Positions 29,626-39,357 of a stretch of DNA of 64,000 nucleotides are shown piece after piece (the stretch's first letter is position 1; the number at the start of each line of letters is the position of its first letter). Origin of the DNA: an uncultured Desulfobacter sp. (lineage in GTDB: Bacteria > Desulfobacterota > Desulfobacteria > Desulfobacterales > Desulfobacteraceae); assembly GCA_963665095.1 (NCBI GenBank), contig OY762069.1:2848001-2912000 (forward strand), read 5' to 3'. A program made the translations under genes and the position numbers. A model generated the notes under the pieces. That model searched no databases. It was not told the DNA's origin and saw only the letters and a list, made by a program, of their open reading frames with translations.

Positions 29626-31026
29626 ATGAGTACTGAAACACCCAAAGCAAATGACATTCCGGCAGGTACACTGGAACTGGCAAAGTTTTGCGCCGGAATC
29701 CGGTATGATGCCCTGCCCGAATCTGTGATTGAGAAAACCCGGCTGTGTATTCTGGACTATGTGGCCAATATCTATGGTTCACTGCAGCTTGATGCGGTGC
29801 AGAAAACCGCGGACTACATCAAAAGTCTGGGTGCCGGCGGCCCTGCCACAGCCCTGGGATTGGGATTTAAAACCGACATCCACCATGCCGCCCTGGTCAA
29901 CGGCACCCTGGCTGAGGCCATTGAGGCCCAGGACGGGGTACGGTTTGGCGGCAACCACCCGGGCGTGGCTGTGATTCCGGCGGCCCTGGCCCTGGCAGAG
30001 GTCAGGGGGCTTTCAGGACACAAGATCATTGAAGCGGTGGTGGCCGGCTATGAAGCCGCCAACCGCATCTCTGCTGCCATGCACCCCTGGCACACCCTGG
30101 GGGGATTTCTGCCCACCGGCACCTGCGGGGCCTTTGGCGCGGCTGTGGCCGCCGGGCACCTCATGGGTTTTTCTGCTGAACAGATGGCAGCCGCCCTTGG
30201 CAATGCCGGGTATGTGCTGCCCGTGTCCACGGCCGAGACACTCATGGGCGGATACCCCATCAAGATTATCCAGGGCGGCCAGGGAGCCTCCTGCGGGCTT
30301 ATGGCAGCGGGCCTGGCAGAAATTGGGGTGGGCGGAGCCCCCTATATCATCGAAGGGTCCGGGCTCAACGGCGGATTTGCCAAAATCACCACCTGTGCCG
30401 ATCCAGACCTGACCCGGCTGATCCCCATTCCGGGCGACACCCTCTCCATGGAAGATGTCTATTTCAAACCCTACACGGCCTGCCGCCACACCCACGGCGC
30501 AGCCCAGGCCACGCTGGCTTTGCGAACAACCCACGACCTGGCCCTGGACCAAATCGACTCCGTGGCTGTGTTCACCTACGGCATTGCCCAGCTGGCCGTG
30601 GGAAAACCCCTGGAGGAGACCCCCACCTTTGTGTCGGCCCAGTTCTCCATTCCCTGGGTGGTGGCCGCCTGCCTGGCCGACGGCATGCTGGGACCTGCCC
30701 AGCTCACGGAAAAACGCCTGGAGGACAAAGATCTTGTGGCCTTTTCCCGGAAGATCAAAGTTGCCACCGATGAAACGCTCAATGCGGCCTATCCGGGCAA
30801 GACCTCGTCCCAGGTGGAGATCCGCCTTAAGGACGGCACCAATCTGGTCTACCAGGTGGATATCCCCAAGGGCGATCCCAGAGACCCCATGACCCAGGAA
30901 GATATCATCAATAAAATAAAGGCATTTTCTTCTGACAACCAACACCGCGATATTGACAACATTGCCGAACAGATCCTGGGCCTGGAGCAGATCACAGATA
31001 TCCGTCCCTTATTGTCGGCCATTTAA
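29626..31026 (+). CDS. MmgE/PrpD family protein
   Basis: AALVNGTLAEAIEAQD..GNHPG, YFKPYTACRHTH, AQFSIPW, PKGDPRDPMT. Confidence 0.9.
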   Translation: MSTETPKANDIPAGTLELAKFCAGIRYDALPESVIEKTRLCILDYVANIYGSLQLDAVQKTADYIKSLGAGGPATALGLGFKTDIHHAALVNGTLAEAIEAQDGVRFGGNHPGVAVIPAALALAEVRGLSGHKIIEAVVAGYEAANRISAAMHPWHTLGGFLPTGTCGAFGAAVAAGHLMGFSAEQMAAALGNAGYVLPVSTAETLMGGYPIKIIQGGQGASCGLMAAGLAEIGVGGAPYIIEGSGLNGGFAKITTCADPDLTRLIPIPGDTLSMEDVYFKPYTACRHTHGAAQATLALRTTHDLALDQIDSVAVFTYGIAQLAVGKPLEETPTFVSAQFSIPWVVAACLADGMLGPAQLTEKRLEDKDLVAFSRKIKVATDETLNAAYPGKTSSQVEIRLKDGTNLVYQVDIPKGDPRDPMTQEDIINKIKAFSSDNQHRDIDNIAEQILGLEQITDIRPLLSAI

Positions 31027-31039
31027 AAAAGGAAGTTTT

Positions 31040-32200
31040 ATGGATTTTACATTAACCAAAGAACAGACCATGCTGCTGGACAGCTTGCGGGACATGGCCC
31101 GCCGGGAAAATTTCAGGGAACTGGCCGATGAGATCGATAAAACAGGCGAATTTCCCCATGATCTGATGAAAAAATACGCAAAGATGGACCTTTTAGGCAT
31201 GACCCTTTCGGCGGATCACGGAGGCCAGGATATGGATGCCTTGACAGCAATCCTGGCCATAGAGGAGCTGGCAAAAATCAGCCCCATGATCGCAGCCCCG
31301 GTGTTTGAATCCAACGTGGGCCCGGCCCGGGTGGTCAGCCTTTTCGGTACGGAAGAACAGAAGAAAAAGATCATTCCAGGGGTATGCCGGGGGGATTTAA
31401 GCGTTTCCGTTTGCATGACCGAACCCGAGGTGGGCTCGGACCTGACGCGGCTTTCCACCCAGGCCATTGAAAAGGAGGACCACTTTCTGCTCAACGGCAC
31501 CAAGATCTTTATCACCGGCGGTGAAGTGGCCAGCCACTACCTGGTCTACACCCGGTTCAATGAGATCAAAGGCGCCAAGGGCATAGGAGGCCTGTTGGTG
31601 GAAAAGGGAACGCACGGGTTTACCTTCGGACCCCAGGAGGTGTTTTTAGGGCTGCGGGGCATGCCCTCATGTGCCCTTTACTTTGACAATGTAAAGGTCC
31701 CCAAAGAGAACCTGGTGGTCCCGGCCGGCGAATTCGGCCGGCTCATGCTGGCATTTGACATGGAGCGGTGCGGCAATGCCGCCATGTGCTTAGGCATTGC
31801 CGGCGGCGCCTTTGAGGAGGCCCGGCAGTATGCCCTGAAGAGAAAGGCCTTTGACCGGCCCATCTGCGAATTCCAGAACACCCAGTTTGCCGTTGCCGAC
31901 ATGGCCATGAAACTGGATGCGGCACGGCTTCTGGTCTACCGGGCTGCCACAGGCGCGGGCCAGGGGCTTCCCTCCATTTACGAGGCCTCGCTGGGCAAAT
32001 GCTACGCCAATGAGATGGTCAAAGAGGTCACGGATACGGCTTTGCAGCTCATGGGCGGATACGGCTACAGCACGGATTACCCCATGGAGCGCATGCTCAG
32101 GGATGCCAGGGCCTGGCAGGTGGCCGGCGGCACCCTTCAGATGCTGCGCATCACCGTGGCAAGCATTCTTTTCGGCCGCAGGTTTAACCAGCGGGCTTAA
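31040..32200 (+). CDS. Acyl-CoA dehydrogenase family protein
   Basis: CMTEPEVGSD, NGTKIFITGG, RKAFDRPI.EFQ, LQLMGGYGY..DYPMERMLRDAR. Confidence 0.92.
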   Translation: MDFTLTKEQTMLLDSLRDMARRENFRELADEIDKTGEFPHDLMKKYAKMDLLGMTLSADHGGQDMDALTAILAIEELAKISPMIAAPVFESNVGPARVVSLFGTEEQKKKIIPGVCRGDLSVSVCMTEPEVGSDLTRLSTQAIEKEDHFLLNGTKIFITGGEVASHYLVYTRFNEIKGAKGIGGLLVEKGTHGFTFGPQEVFLGLRGMPSCALYFDNVKVPKENLVVPAGEFGRLMLAFDMERCGNAAMCLGIAGGAFEEARQYALKRKAFDRPICEFQNTQFAVADMAMKLDAARLLVYRAATGAGQGLPSIYEASLGKCYANEMVKEVTDTALQLMGGYGYSTDYPMERMLRDARAWQVAGGTLQMLRITVASILFGRRFNQRA

Positions 32201-32290
32201 CCCCATACAACCGTTTTCAGGTACCTGATGAGACACCATGCCCGCAACGGGCGGCTCATTTCATCCGGGTCCCTGTCCACAGGAGGTTTC

Positions 32291-33730
32291 ATGGAAAGAC
32301 CAATGGAAAGATATGATCAGCTTTATATTGGCGGCCAGTGGGTCGCACCTGAAATTAACAACCAGGTTGATGTGATCAACCCCTGCACGGAAGAACCCTT
32401 TGCCCGGGTGGTCATGGGGGGTGAAAAAGATGTGGACCGGGCCGTGGAGCAAGCACGCAAAGCCCTTCCCCAGTGGTCCCAAACGCCTGTGGACCAGCGG
32501 GTGAAACTTCTCAACGATCTGGCAGACGCCATGGAGGCGCGCCAGGATGAGATCGGCGACACCATCTCCCGGGAGATGGGCATGCCCTCGGTGTGGTCCA
32601 GGATGATCCAGGCGGGGCTTCCCGTGGCAGCATCCCGGAGCATGGCAGAGATCCTTTCAAATTTTGAATTCCAGGCCCCTTTAGGCAACACCATGGTGGT
32701 CAGGGAACCCATTGGCGTGTGCGGGTTTATCACCCCCTGGAACTATCCCTTGCACCAGGTCATCGGAAAAGTCGCCCCGGCCCTGGCAGCCGGTTGCACC
32801 ATGGTGCTAAAACCCAGCCAGCTCGCGCCGATAGACGCCTTTATCCTGGCGGATATCCTGGACAAGCTGGGGCTTCCCCCCGGGGTGTTCAACCTGGTAA
32901 CCGGCAGCGGCAGCCAGGTGGGTGCCGCCATCGCCGCCCATCCGGGCATTGACATGGTCTCTTTGACCGGTTCCACCCGATCCGGGGTCCTGGTGGCCCA
33001 GGCCGCGGCCCAAACCATCAAGCGGGTCACCCTGGAGCTGGGCGGCAAATCCCCCAACGTGCTGCTGGAGGATGCGGATTTTGACGCGGCCGTCTCCAAG
33101 GGCATGTTCAACTGCTATTTAAACTCCGGCCAGACCTGCACGGCGCTCTCCCGGATGATCGTGCCCCAAAACCGCCAGGAAGAGGTCATTGACATGGCCA
33201 TGGCCGCCATTGCCGTGATGGAGATGGGGGATGCCTTTGACGATCAGGTCTACTTAGGCCCCATGGTGGACGAGGCCCAGCAGGCATCGGTGCGAAGGTA
33301 CATTGAATCCGGTGTGGCAGAAGGCGCAACACTTGTCGAAGGCGGCCCGGAACAGCCCGAAGAGCTGCCCAAAGGCTATTATGTCAAACCCACCATCTTT
33401 GCCGATGTCACCCCGGAGATGACCATTGCCAAAGAGGAGATCTTCGGTCCGGTTCTGTGCATCATGCCCTACGACACAGAGGAACAGGCCGTGGCCATTG
33501 CCAATGACACGGTTTACGGGCTGTCCGGTTCGGTGTGGTCCAGTGACTTAGAAAAAGCCAGAACCGTGGCCGGCCGGCTTGCCTGCGGCCAGGTCTTCAT
33601 TAACGGCGCCGACTTTGACGTCAATGCCCCGGCAGGCGGGTATAAACAGTCGGGCCTGGGCCGGGAGAGAAGCCGGTTTGGCCTGGAGGAATATCTGGAA
33701 GTAAAGGCAATGATCGGATACGGCGTTTAA
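32291..33730 (+). CDS. Aldehyde dehydrogenase
   Basis: ITPWNYP, LTGST, LELGGKSP, GQTCTA catalytic Cys, EEIFGPV. Confidence 0.94.
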   Translation: MERPMERYDQLYIGGQWVAPEINNQVDVINPCTEEPFARVVMGGEKDVDRAVEQARKALPQWSQTPVDQRVKLLNDLADAMEARQDEIGDTISREMGMPSVWSRMIQAGLPVAASRSMAEILSNFEFQAPLGNTMVVREPIGVCGFITPWNYPLHQVIGKVAPALAAGCTMVLKPSQLAPIDAFILADILDKLGLPPGVFNLVTGSGSQVGAAIAAHPGIDMVSLTGSTRSGVLVAQAAAQTIKRVTLELGGKSPNVLLEDADFDAAVSKGMFNCYLNSGQTCTALSRMIVPQNRQEEVIDMAMAAIAVMEMGDAFDDQVYLGPMVDEAQQASVRRYIESGVAEGATLVEGGPEQPEELPKGYYVKPTIFADVTPEMTIAKEEIFGPVLCIMPYDTEEQAVAIANDTVYGLSGSVWSSDLEKARTVAGRLACGQVFINGADFDVNAPAGGYKQSGLGRERSRFGLEEYLEVKAMIGYGV

Positions 33731-33759
33731 ACCCAAACAGCAATTAAAAAGGAGGATTT

Positions 33760-34209
33760 ATGAGCGAATATTATACGGATAAAGAGCACCTGTTCGAGAT
33801 ATACAACGCCTTTCTGGCCAATGTACTCCAGGATGACAAGATCGGCCCCAAGATGAAAAAATCCGGGATCATCATCAAGTTCATTTACACCGACCCGGAC
33901 TGCGAAATCCTCATTGACCTGAAAAATCCGCCACAAAAAGAGGGATATTACGGCACCTATTACCTGGGCCCCACAGACATCCAGGAAGATGTCTGGTCCT
34001 CCCAGTCCGCGGATCACTCCCACAGGTTCTGGCACGGGTTTGAAAACCCCATTGCCGCCGTGGCCAAGGGCAAGGTGAAACAGGGGGGCAAAATTACGGC
34101 CATGCTTAAACTTTTGCCGGTAGTTCGTCCCACATTCAAACGGTTTCCCGAGGTACTCAAGGAACTTGGATACGAAGATCTCATCGTCACCAAAGGCGGC
34201 CAGGGATGA
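33760..34209 (+). CDS. SCP2 sterol/lipid-carrier-like domain protein
   Basis: 149 aa; IKFIYTDPDCEILID...SADHSHRFWHG..NPIAAVAKGKVKQGGKITAMLKL resembles the SCP2 fold signature. Confidence 0.65.
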   Translation: MSEYYTDKEHLFEIYNAFLANVLQDDKIGPKMKKSGIIIKFIYTDPDCEILIDLKNPPQKEGYYGTYYLGPTDIQEDVWSSQSADHSHRFWHGFENPIAAVAKGKVKQGGKITAMLKLLPVVRPTFKRFPEVLKELGYEDLIVTKGGQG

Positions 34210-35582
34210 CACCGGAACTGTTTACCCAGCTGCTCAAGGAATTTTGCGTATTAGGCGGCCTGCTGCTGGCCGGAATGCTGCTGCGGGCGAAGATCAAATT
34301 TTTCCAGAACCTGTTCCTGCCGGCATCAGTCATCGGTGGGTTCCTGGGCCTGCTGTTAGGCCCGGTAGTGCTCAAAGAGTGGGCCATCCTGCCTATCCCT
34401 GAGGAATACATTAAAGATTTTTCCCTGCTGCCTGGTATCCTGATTCTGCCCATCATTGCCTCGGTGCCGTTAGGGGTGGGCGGCGGTCCAAAAAAATCCG
34501 GTAAGGAGAAACGAAAATCCAGTGTCCTGCCCATGTTTCTTATCGGCACGGGCTGCGCCTTCGGCCTGTTTGCTTTAGGATTTGCTACAAAAATCGTCTT
34601 CACCCGCATCATGCCTCAGCTTGATATCTACCCGGCATTCGGCATGGAACTGGCTTTAGGCTTTTTCGGGGGCCACGGCACTGCGGGCCTCATCGGCAAT
34701 ATCCTGCAGAAGCTGAACATGCCCTGCTGGGAAGTAGCCCAGGGGGTGGCGGTCACCTCTGCCACCGTGGGCATTGTATCGGGCATTCTTTTAGGGATGT
34801 TTTTCATCAATATTGCAGCCAGAAAAGGCCGCATTACCCATCTCACCAATCCCAAAGACCTGCCCCGGGACATGAAAACCGGGTATGAACCGGACATCAA
34901 CCGCCAGGAGTTCTCCTGCCGGGAGACCACCCACACCTCGTCCATTGACAGCTTAGGGTTCCATGCAGCCCTGATATTTGCGGTGTGCGGCCTTTCCTTT
35001 GTGGTGACCGATTTTTTCAAGGCTCACCATGTGCCGCTCTTATCCAATATTGCCGAATGGGCTTACGCCATTGCCCTGATGCTCATCGTCAACGGCATTA
35101 TCCAGCGCGTGGGCTTAGGCTTTCTCATTGATGCCAAAATCAAAACCAAGTTCACCGCCATGCTGGTGGATTTCTCCATTGTGTCGGCCATTGCAGGTCT
35201 GCCCGTCAATGCCGTACTCCAATACGCCGTGCCCATGATCGCCATGTTTATCCTGGGTCTGATCATGGTCTATCTGATCATCATGATTTTAGGCATGCGC
35301 GTATTCAAGGACCACGCCTTTGAACGGGCCATTGCCCTGTTCGGCCAGAGCACCGGCGTCATCATGACCGGTATCCTTTTGCTGCGTATCTGCGATTCCG
35401 ACATGAAAACCCCGGTACTTCAGGATTTCTCCATCAGCTATGCGTTATCCACCATGCTATGTTATGCGCTTCTTTTACCGGTCATCAAGCTGCTGCCCAA
35501 CTCCTGGGCCATTTTCTGGCTCACGGCAGGGGTCTGCTCAGCCTGCCTGGTGGGAGCTATACTGTCCAGCCGGAAGGCATAA
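34206..35582 (+). CDS. Sodium:glutamate symporter (GltS/ESS)-family transporter
   Basis: Polytopic membrane protein; FLPASVIGG, GFFGGHGTAG, FGQSTGV..TGILLLRICD. Confidence 0.82.
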   Translation: MTPELFTQLLKEFCVLGGLLLAGMLLRAKIKFFQNLFLPASVIGGFLGLLLGPVVLKEWAILPIPEEYIKDFSLLPGILILPIIASVPLGVGGGPKKSGKEKRKSSVLPMFLIGTGCAFGLFALGFATKIVFTRIMPQLDIYPAFGMELALGFFGGHGTAGLIGNILQKLNMPCWEVAQGVAVTSATVGIVSGILLGMFFINIAARKGRITHLTNPKDLPRDMKTGYEPDINRQEFSCRETTHTSSIDSLGFHAALIFAVCGLSFVVTDFFKAHHVPLLSNIAEWAYAIALMLIVNGIIQRVGLGFLIDAKIKTKFTAMLVDFSIVSAIAGLPVNAVLQYAVPMIAMFILGLIMVYLIIMILGMRVFKDHAFERAIALFGQSTGVIMTGILLLRICDSDMKTPVLQDFSISYALSTMLCYALLLPVIKLLPNSWAIFWLTAGVCSACLVGAILSSRKA

Positions 35583-35594
35583 TCCAGCGATCAA

Positions 35595-35635
35595 GCCTTG
35601 CGCCGGTCGGTTCCTTTAGCCGGCCGGCACAAGGC
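35595..35635. terminator. Stem-loop between convergent genes
   Basis: GCCTTGCGCCGGTCGGTT-ccttt-AGCCGGCCGGCACAAGGC, 18 bp imperfect stem. Confidence 0.55.
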
Positions 35636-35653
35636 GTATCATCTTTCGGAAAT

Positions 35654-37117
35654 TCAGCGGTCAAATGCACAGGTGTTGACAAACACCCGGGGCCCGATGC
35701 ATCGGGCCCAGACAATATTCACCCTGTTCGGATCAATGGGCACCGGCTGCTGCACCACATGTCCGGACCGGTCCGATACCTTGAGCATCAAACTTGCCTC
35801 CTTTGTGGCACTGCAATAAAAGCAGACATTCCGGGGCGCCATGTTCCAGGCGCGCAAATCGCTTTTGTTCACGGTCTGGTTAAATGTTGAAAGGGCGATC
35901 CGGGTCAGTTGCAAAAGGGTGGTGTCCTTGGTCTTTTTGGCGGTTTCATCGAGAATCGCCCTGTCCTTCAGGGTCTGAAGAATCACCCTTAAAACGGCCT
36001 TGGTGATTCTAATCGGCAGATCATCCCTGTACTGTCTTAAGGCCAGCAGATCCAAATCTGCCAGCAGGGGCATTCGCTTTGCATCTCCTGAAGCGCTGTC
36101 AAAAATATCCACGGCGAATATATCCAAAGGACTTTCATTTATGGCGGCCATACTGAATGAAGATACGGTCCTGCTGACCGGGTTTAAAAAAGGGACCTGA
36201 ACATTTCTTTTGGTAGGCGCAAATCCTGTCTGGATAAACACATAGACATTATGCAGTGATGTCAGGGCGGACGAATCTTTCTGGAAATCATCATACAACT
36301 TTTTTACATAGGGGTTGTCTGTGAGAGCTCTGGCATTTTTGAGCTGGGGACGGGCATTTTCAGGTTCCTGGTTCAAAGCAAACACCAGGGCGGACAGAAG
36401 ATAGGTGTATGCGTTTTCATAGGAATTTCTCAGGTTGCGAACCGCCTGCTCCTGGGCACTTGAAAGGCCGTTTTCTTGGGTGAGCTGCCTGACCTGCCTG
36501 TCCACATTAATGTTTTGAATATTATTTTTAGCCGCCTCCTGTCTGACTATGTTTTTGCTCTTTCTTACTTCAGCGATTTTAAGCTCGGCATTTTCCCGGA
36601 TACGAAGATTTTGATTGATGCCGCGCATAATCTCCACACGGGCGGCATCAAGCCGCTCCAGCATCAGGAAATTCATGGCTTTAATGGTGTGCAGAAAAAT
36701 TTTTTCCCAGGGTGCCATATCATATTCACCAGACCCTTCAGCCAGAATAATATCAAGCATATCCTTGGCTGTGTTCCTGACACTGATCCGGGCACGTTCC
36801 TCAAGCATGGTGTATCTGTGGTAAGCAGATTCAAGCACCTGATTGCTTGAATCATATTGCTTTTGCAACGGATAGATGGCTCCCAGCTCAAGCAACGCCA
36901 CCAGACCGGCATCTAATTTCACCCTGCCGCTGCCGTCAAAAACCTCCTGTTCAATGGACGCGATGCTGAAAGTTCCGTTCCGGATAAGGTTCTCTTTGAC
37001 CGGGGCCATACCGGCTGTGTACATCTGGGCTGCACACCCGGCCATCACAGCAAGGCAAAACATTGTTATAAAACTATTTTTAAGAAATGGTCTCAAAGCG
37101 TTATCCCAACCAGGCAA
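35654..37117 (-). CDS. COG3014-like TPR lipoprotein (start uncertain, possibly 37063)
   Basis: Lipobox VMAGC; LLELGAI, EYDMAPWEKIFLHTIKAMNFL, DLRAW motifs. Confidence 0.7.
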   Translation of the reverse strand: MPGWDNALRPFLKNSFITMFCLAVMAGCAAQMYTAGMAPVKENLIRNGTFSIASIEQEVFDGSGRVKLDAGLVALLELGAIYPLQKQYDSSNQVLESAYHRYTMLEERARISVRNTAKDMLDIILAEGSGEYDMAPWEKIFLHTIKAMNFLMLERLDAARVEIMRGINQNLRIRENAELKIAEVRKSKNIVRQEAAKNNIQNINVDRQVRQLTQENGLSSAQEQAVRNLRNSYENAYTYLLSALVFALNQEPENARPQLKNARALTDNPYVKKLYDDFQKDSSALTSLHNVYVFIQTGFAPTKRNVQVPFLNPVSRTVSSFSMAAINESPLDIFAVDIFDSASGDAKRMPLLADLDLLALRQYRDDLPIRITKAVLRVILQTLKDRAILDETAKKTKDTTLLQLTRIALSTFNQTVNKSDLRAWNMAPRNVCFYCSATKEASLMLKVSDRSGHVVQQPVPIDPNRVNIVWARCIGPRVFVNTCAFDR

Positions 37118-37143
37118 CAGGTAAAGAAACAGGCAGACCGAAA

Positions 37144-38322
37144 TTACTCATCTTTAAAAAAAAGCAAACGGGTGCCCTGGGTTGAACCGGTTTTAATGGA
37201 AACCCCTTCACGCCCCAACCCGCTCCTAAGTGCCTGCTGGAGATCAAATCGGTTTCCAAGAAACGAAATATCCACCTGCAGCAGGTCCTGTGACTGGCCC
37301 CTGACATATTTATCACTGGTCCCGTCCATATTTTCGATGACCGTGACAATGGCTGCCATCTCGTCCTGATTGAAACCTGTAAACCTTAAGGTGTAAAGTG
37401 TGCCCTCATTGGTTCTTCGTTCAAAATAGGAAAGGGTATCTTCAAGGGTCAGCTGGGCTGTCTTGTGCGCCAGTTTGTTCATGGGCGTGGCAAAAAACGG
37501 ATCATCCCGGTCAAGTTCCCCTTCCTTTTTCGGTAATCGGACCCGTGTGGCCTGTCTGTTGGCCCCAATCAGCTCTGCCGATCCCGACGCTACAGCCTTA
37601 AGGGTCAGGGAAAGAGACACCTCTTTAAAATAGGGGTTGTTAAACCCTGTCCGCTCGGCAATATCAATGTCGAAAAGCAGCAGAACTTCGGCCTGGCAGG
37701 CTTGTGCCAGCTCGGATATCTCTTTGAAATCCGTGCCGGAAAAATCGGTCTGCGCCATTTCACGGGCCAGCCTTCTGCCGGAAGAGATATTGATCACCAG
37801 AAACCCTTTTTTAAGGAATACATCTGTGATGGCATTGTGCGCCTCTTTGGCCACCATACTGCCCAAAGGGGCGGAACGCGGACTTTGCGGTCTGTAGACC
37901 ACAACAAAACGGGGATTTCCCACGCGTTGTTTCAGGATGCCCACAGCCCTTAAGTCCGATTCAATATCCGCCATGGCCACGGCGGCTTCGATGCAGGTTT
38001 CCCAGGCCTGGCCGTCCGGGGTCAGGCCCTGGGAAGTGATATGATAATCGGTCACATACCCTGATATTTGTGTATAAATCCGGTCTTTTATTAAAACCGC
38101 ATTATTAACAATGGTATCTGCCGCGATCAGGGTGCCAAGGCCCGTTTCCACGGCATTGCGCCTGGCATCCTCAAGTGCCAGGGCCCGGGTCTTTGCACTG
38201 TTCCCCGGCACAACCATGCTTGTGCCGCAGGCCATAACTGTCTCAGGCTCACACCCAGCCCTGCCCGGAATCAGGCAGATCAGCAAAAGCAGCAACACCG
38301 GTATCAATGATATACGAACCAC
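37144..38322 (-). CDS. Exported protein with FlgT N-terminal-like domain
   Basis: Signal peptide; RALALEDARRNAVE..GTLI.ADTIVNN..LIKDRI. Confidence 0.65.
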   Translation of the reverse strand: MVRISLIPVLLLLLICLIPGRAGCEPETVMACGTSMVVPGNSAKTRALALEDARRNAVETGLGTLIAADTIVNNAVLIKDRIYTQISGYVTDYHITSQGLTPDGQAWETCIEAAVAMADIESDLRAVGILKQRVGNPRFVVVYRPQSPRSAPLGSMVAKEAHNAITDVFLKKGFLVINISSGRRLAREMAQTDFSGTDFKEISELAQACQAEVLLLFDIDIAERTGFNNPYFKEVSLSLTLKAVASGSAELIGANRQATRVRLPKKEGELDRDDPFFATPMNKLAHKTAQLTLEDTLSYFERRTNEGTLYTLRFTGFNQDEMAAIVTVIENMDGTSDKYVRGQSQDLLQVDISFLGNRFDLQQALRSGLGREGVSIKTGSTQGTRLLFFKDE

Positions 38323-38429
38323 TGTAATCCCCCTGTTTTTTTCAAATAACGTCCATTCGTTTCAGGACGGCCCAAGGACTGTTTCCAGCAAACCCCGGCA
38401 TGGGCTGTAAAAGCCGGGACAAAAGGCAT

Positions 38430-39023
38430 TTACCATCCCAGAATTTTCTTTTCCGACACTTTTCTCAACTGAGCCTCATCCATCCACTCCAAAACCCCTG
38501 TCTTGAAATCCACCATCTTTAATGAAAACTTGTAAAAAACATCTTTGGTGTCTTCGGTAATGGTTTTGATGTCGGTGAGCTCTCCATAAATCCGGTACCG
38601 TGGCGCCGCCTGGTCAGCCAGGTACATCTGCCGGTCCTCATCGCTGATCCTGGTTTCAAACCCCTCTTCCGCAGCCCGTTTCTCATACGCCTGTCTTTCG
38701 CTGTAATCCACGGCAAACCGGACCTTTCCGCTTTTCAGAATCCTGGCGGTAATACTGTCGGTGATGGATTTGGTATCAATGTGCTCATCTGTTTTGTTTT
38801 TTACGGTGTCAATTCTGACCAGGGGCCGCTGGCTGCCGAAATCAAAGCGATTGACCAGAGAATCCGCCATTTTGTCCGCCACAATGATAAGGTCCGTGGC
38901 ACTGAATGTGGTATAGGTTTTTTCGCTGTAATCCGCATCGACCCGTTTGGTTTTCATGCCGTTGCAGCCCATGCACAGGGCAATTAAGGCAACTGCCGCC
39001 AATTGCTTGCCTTTATTGAGCAT
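38430..39023 (-). CDS. lpoB: LpoB-family lipoprotein (PBP activator-like)
   Basis: Lipobox CMGC; DLIIVADKMADSL, VKNKTDEHIDTKSITDSI, YKFSLKMVDFKTGVLEWMDE. Confidence 0.72.
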   Translation of the reverse strand: MLNKGKQLAAVALIALCMGCNGMKTKRVDADYSEKTYTTFSATDLIIVADKMADSLVNRFDFGSQRPLVRIDTVKNKTDEHIDTKSITDSITARILKSGKVRFAVDYSERQAYEKRAAEEGFETRISDEDRQMYLADQAAPRYRIYGELTDIKTITEDTKDVFYKFSLKMVDFKTGVLEWMDEAQLRKVSEKKILGW

Positions 39024-39357
39024 ATCCAGCCTCCTTATTATTATTATGGTATTTTCCGGTCCCGGTTAAGAAACCTTCAAACTAACACTGGACGATTTTC
39101 TACGTTCAAAGGACCTGTGTTAAAGGATAACGATAGAACCTGGCATCCGGAGTCTAAATTTTAACGTGGAATCTGTACTGATATAGAATAGATAGCTTAT
39201 TCCTGTCAATCAAAGGATAACAGCCCACTATTAACCGACTGATCTCATTGAAATTATAGAATCAAGCGGTTGCTGTAACATAGAAAAATAAAGGAGAGAC
39301 TGATGGTGTGCTTTAAATCTTTCATCACCTTTATACTGATCTTTTTTCTTGCCTGCC

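Noticed and set aside
32225..32300. CTGATGA followed by a hairpin, resembling a hammerhead ribozyme core
   Set aside because: No correctly placed stem II closing pair followed by GAAA, and no stem III; more likely an ordinary intergenic hairpin.
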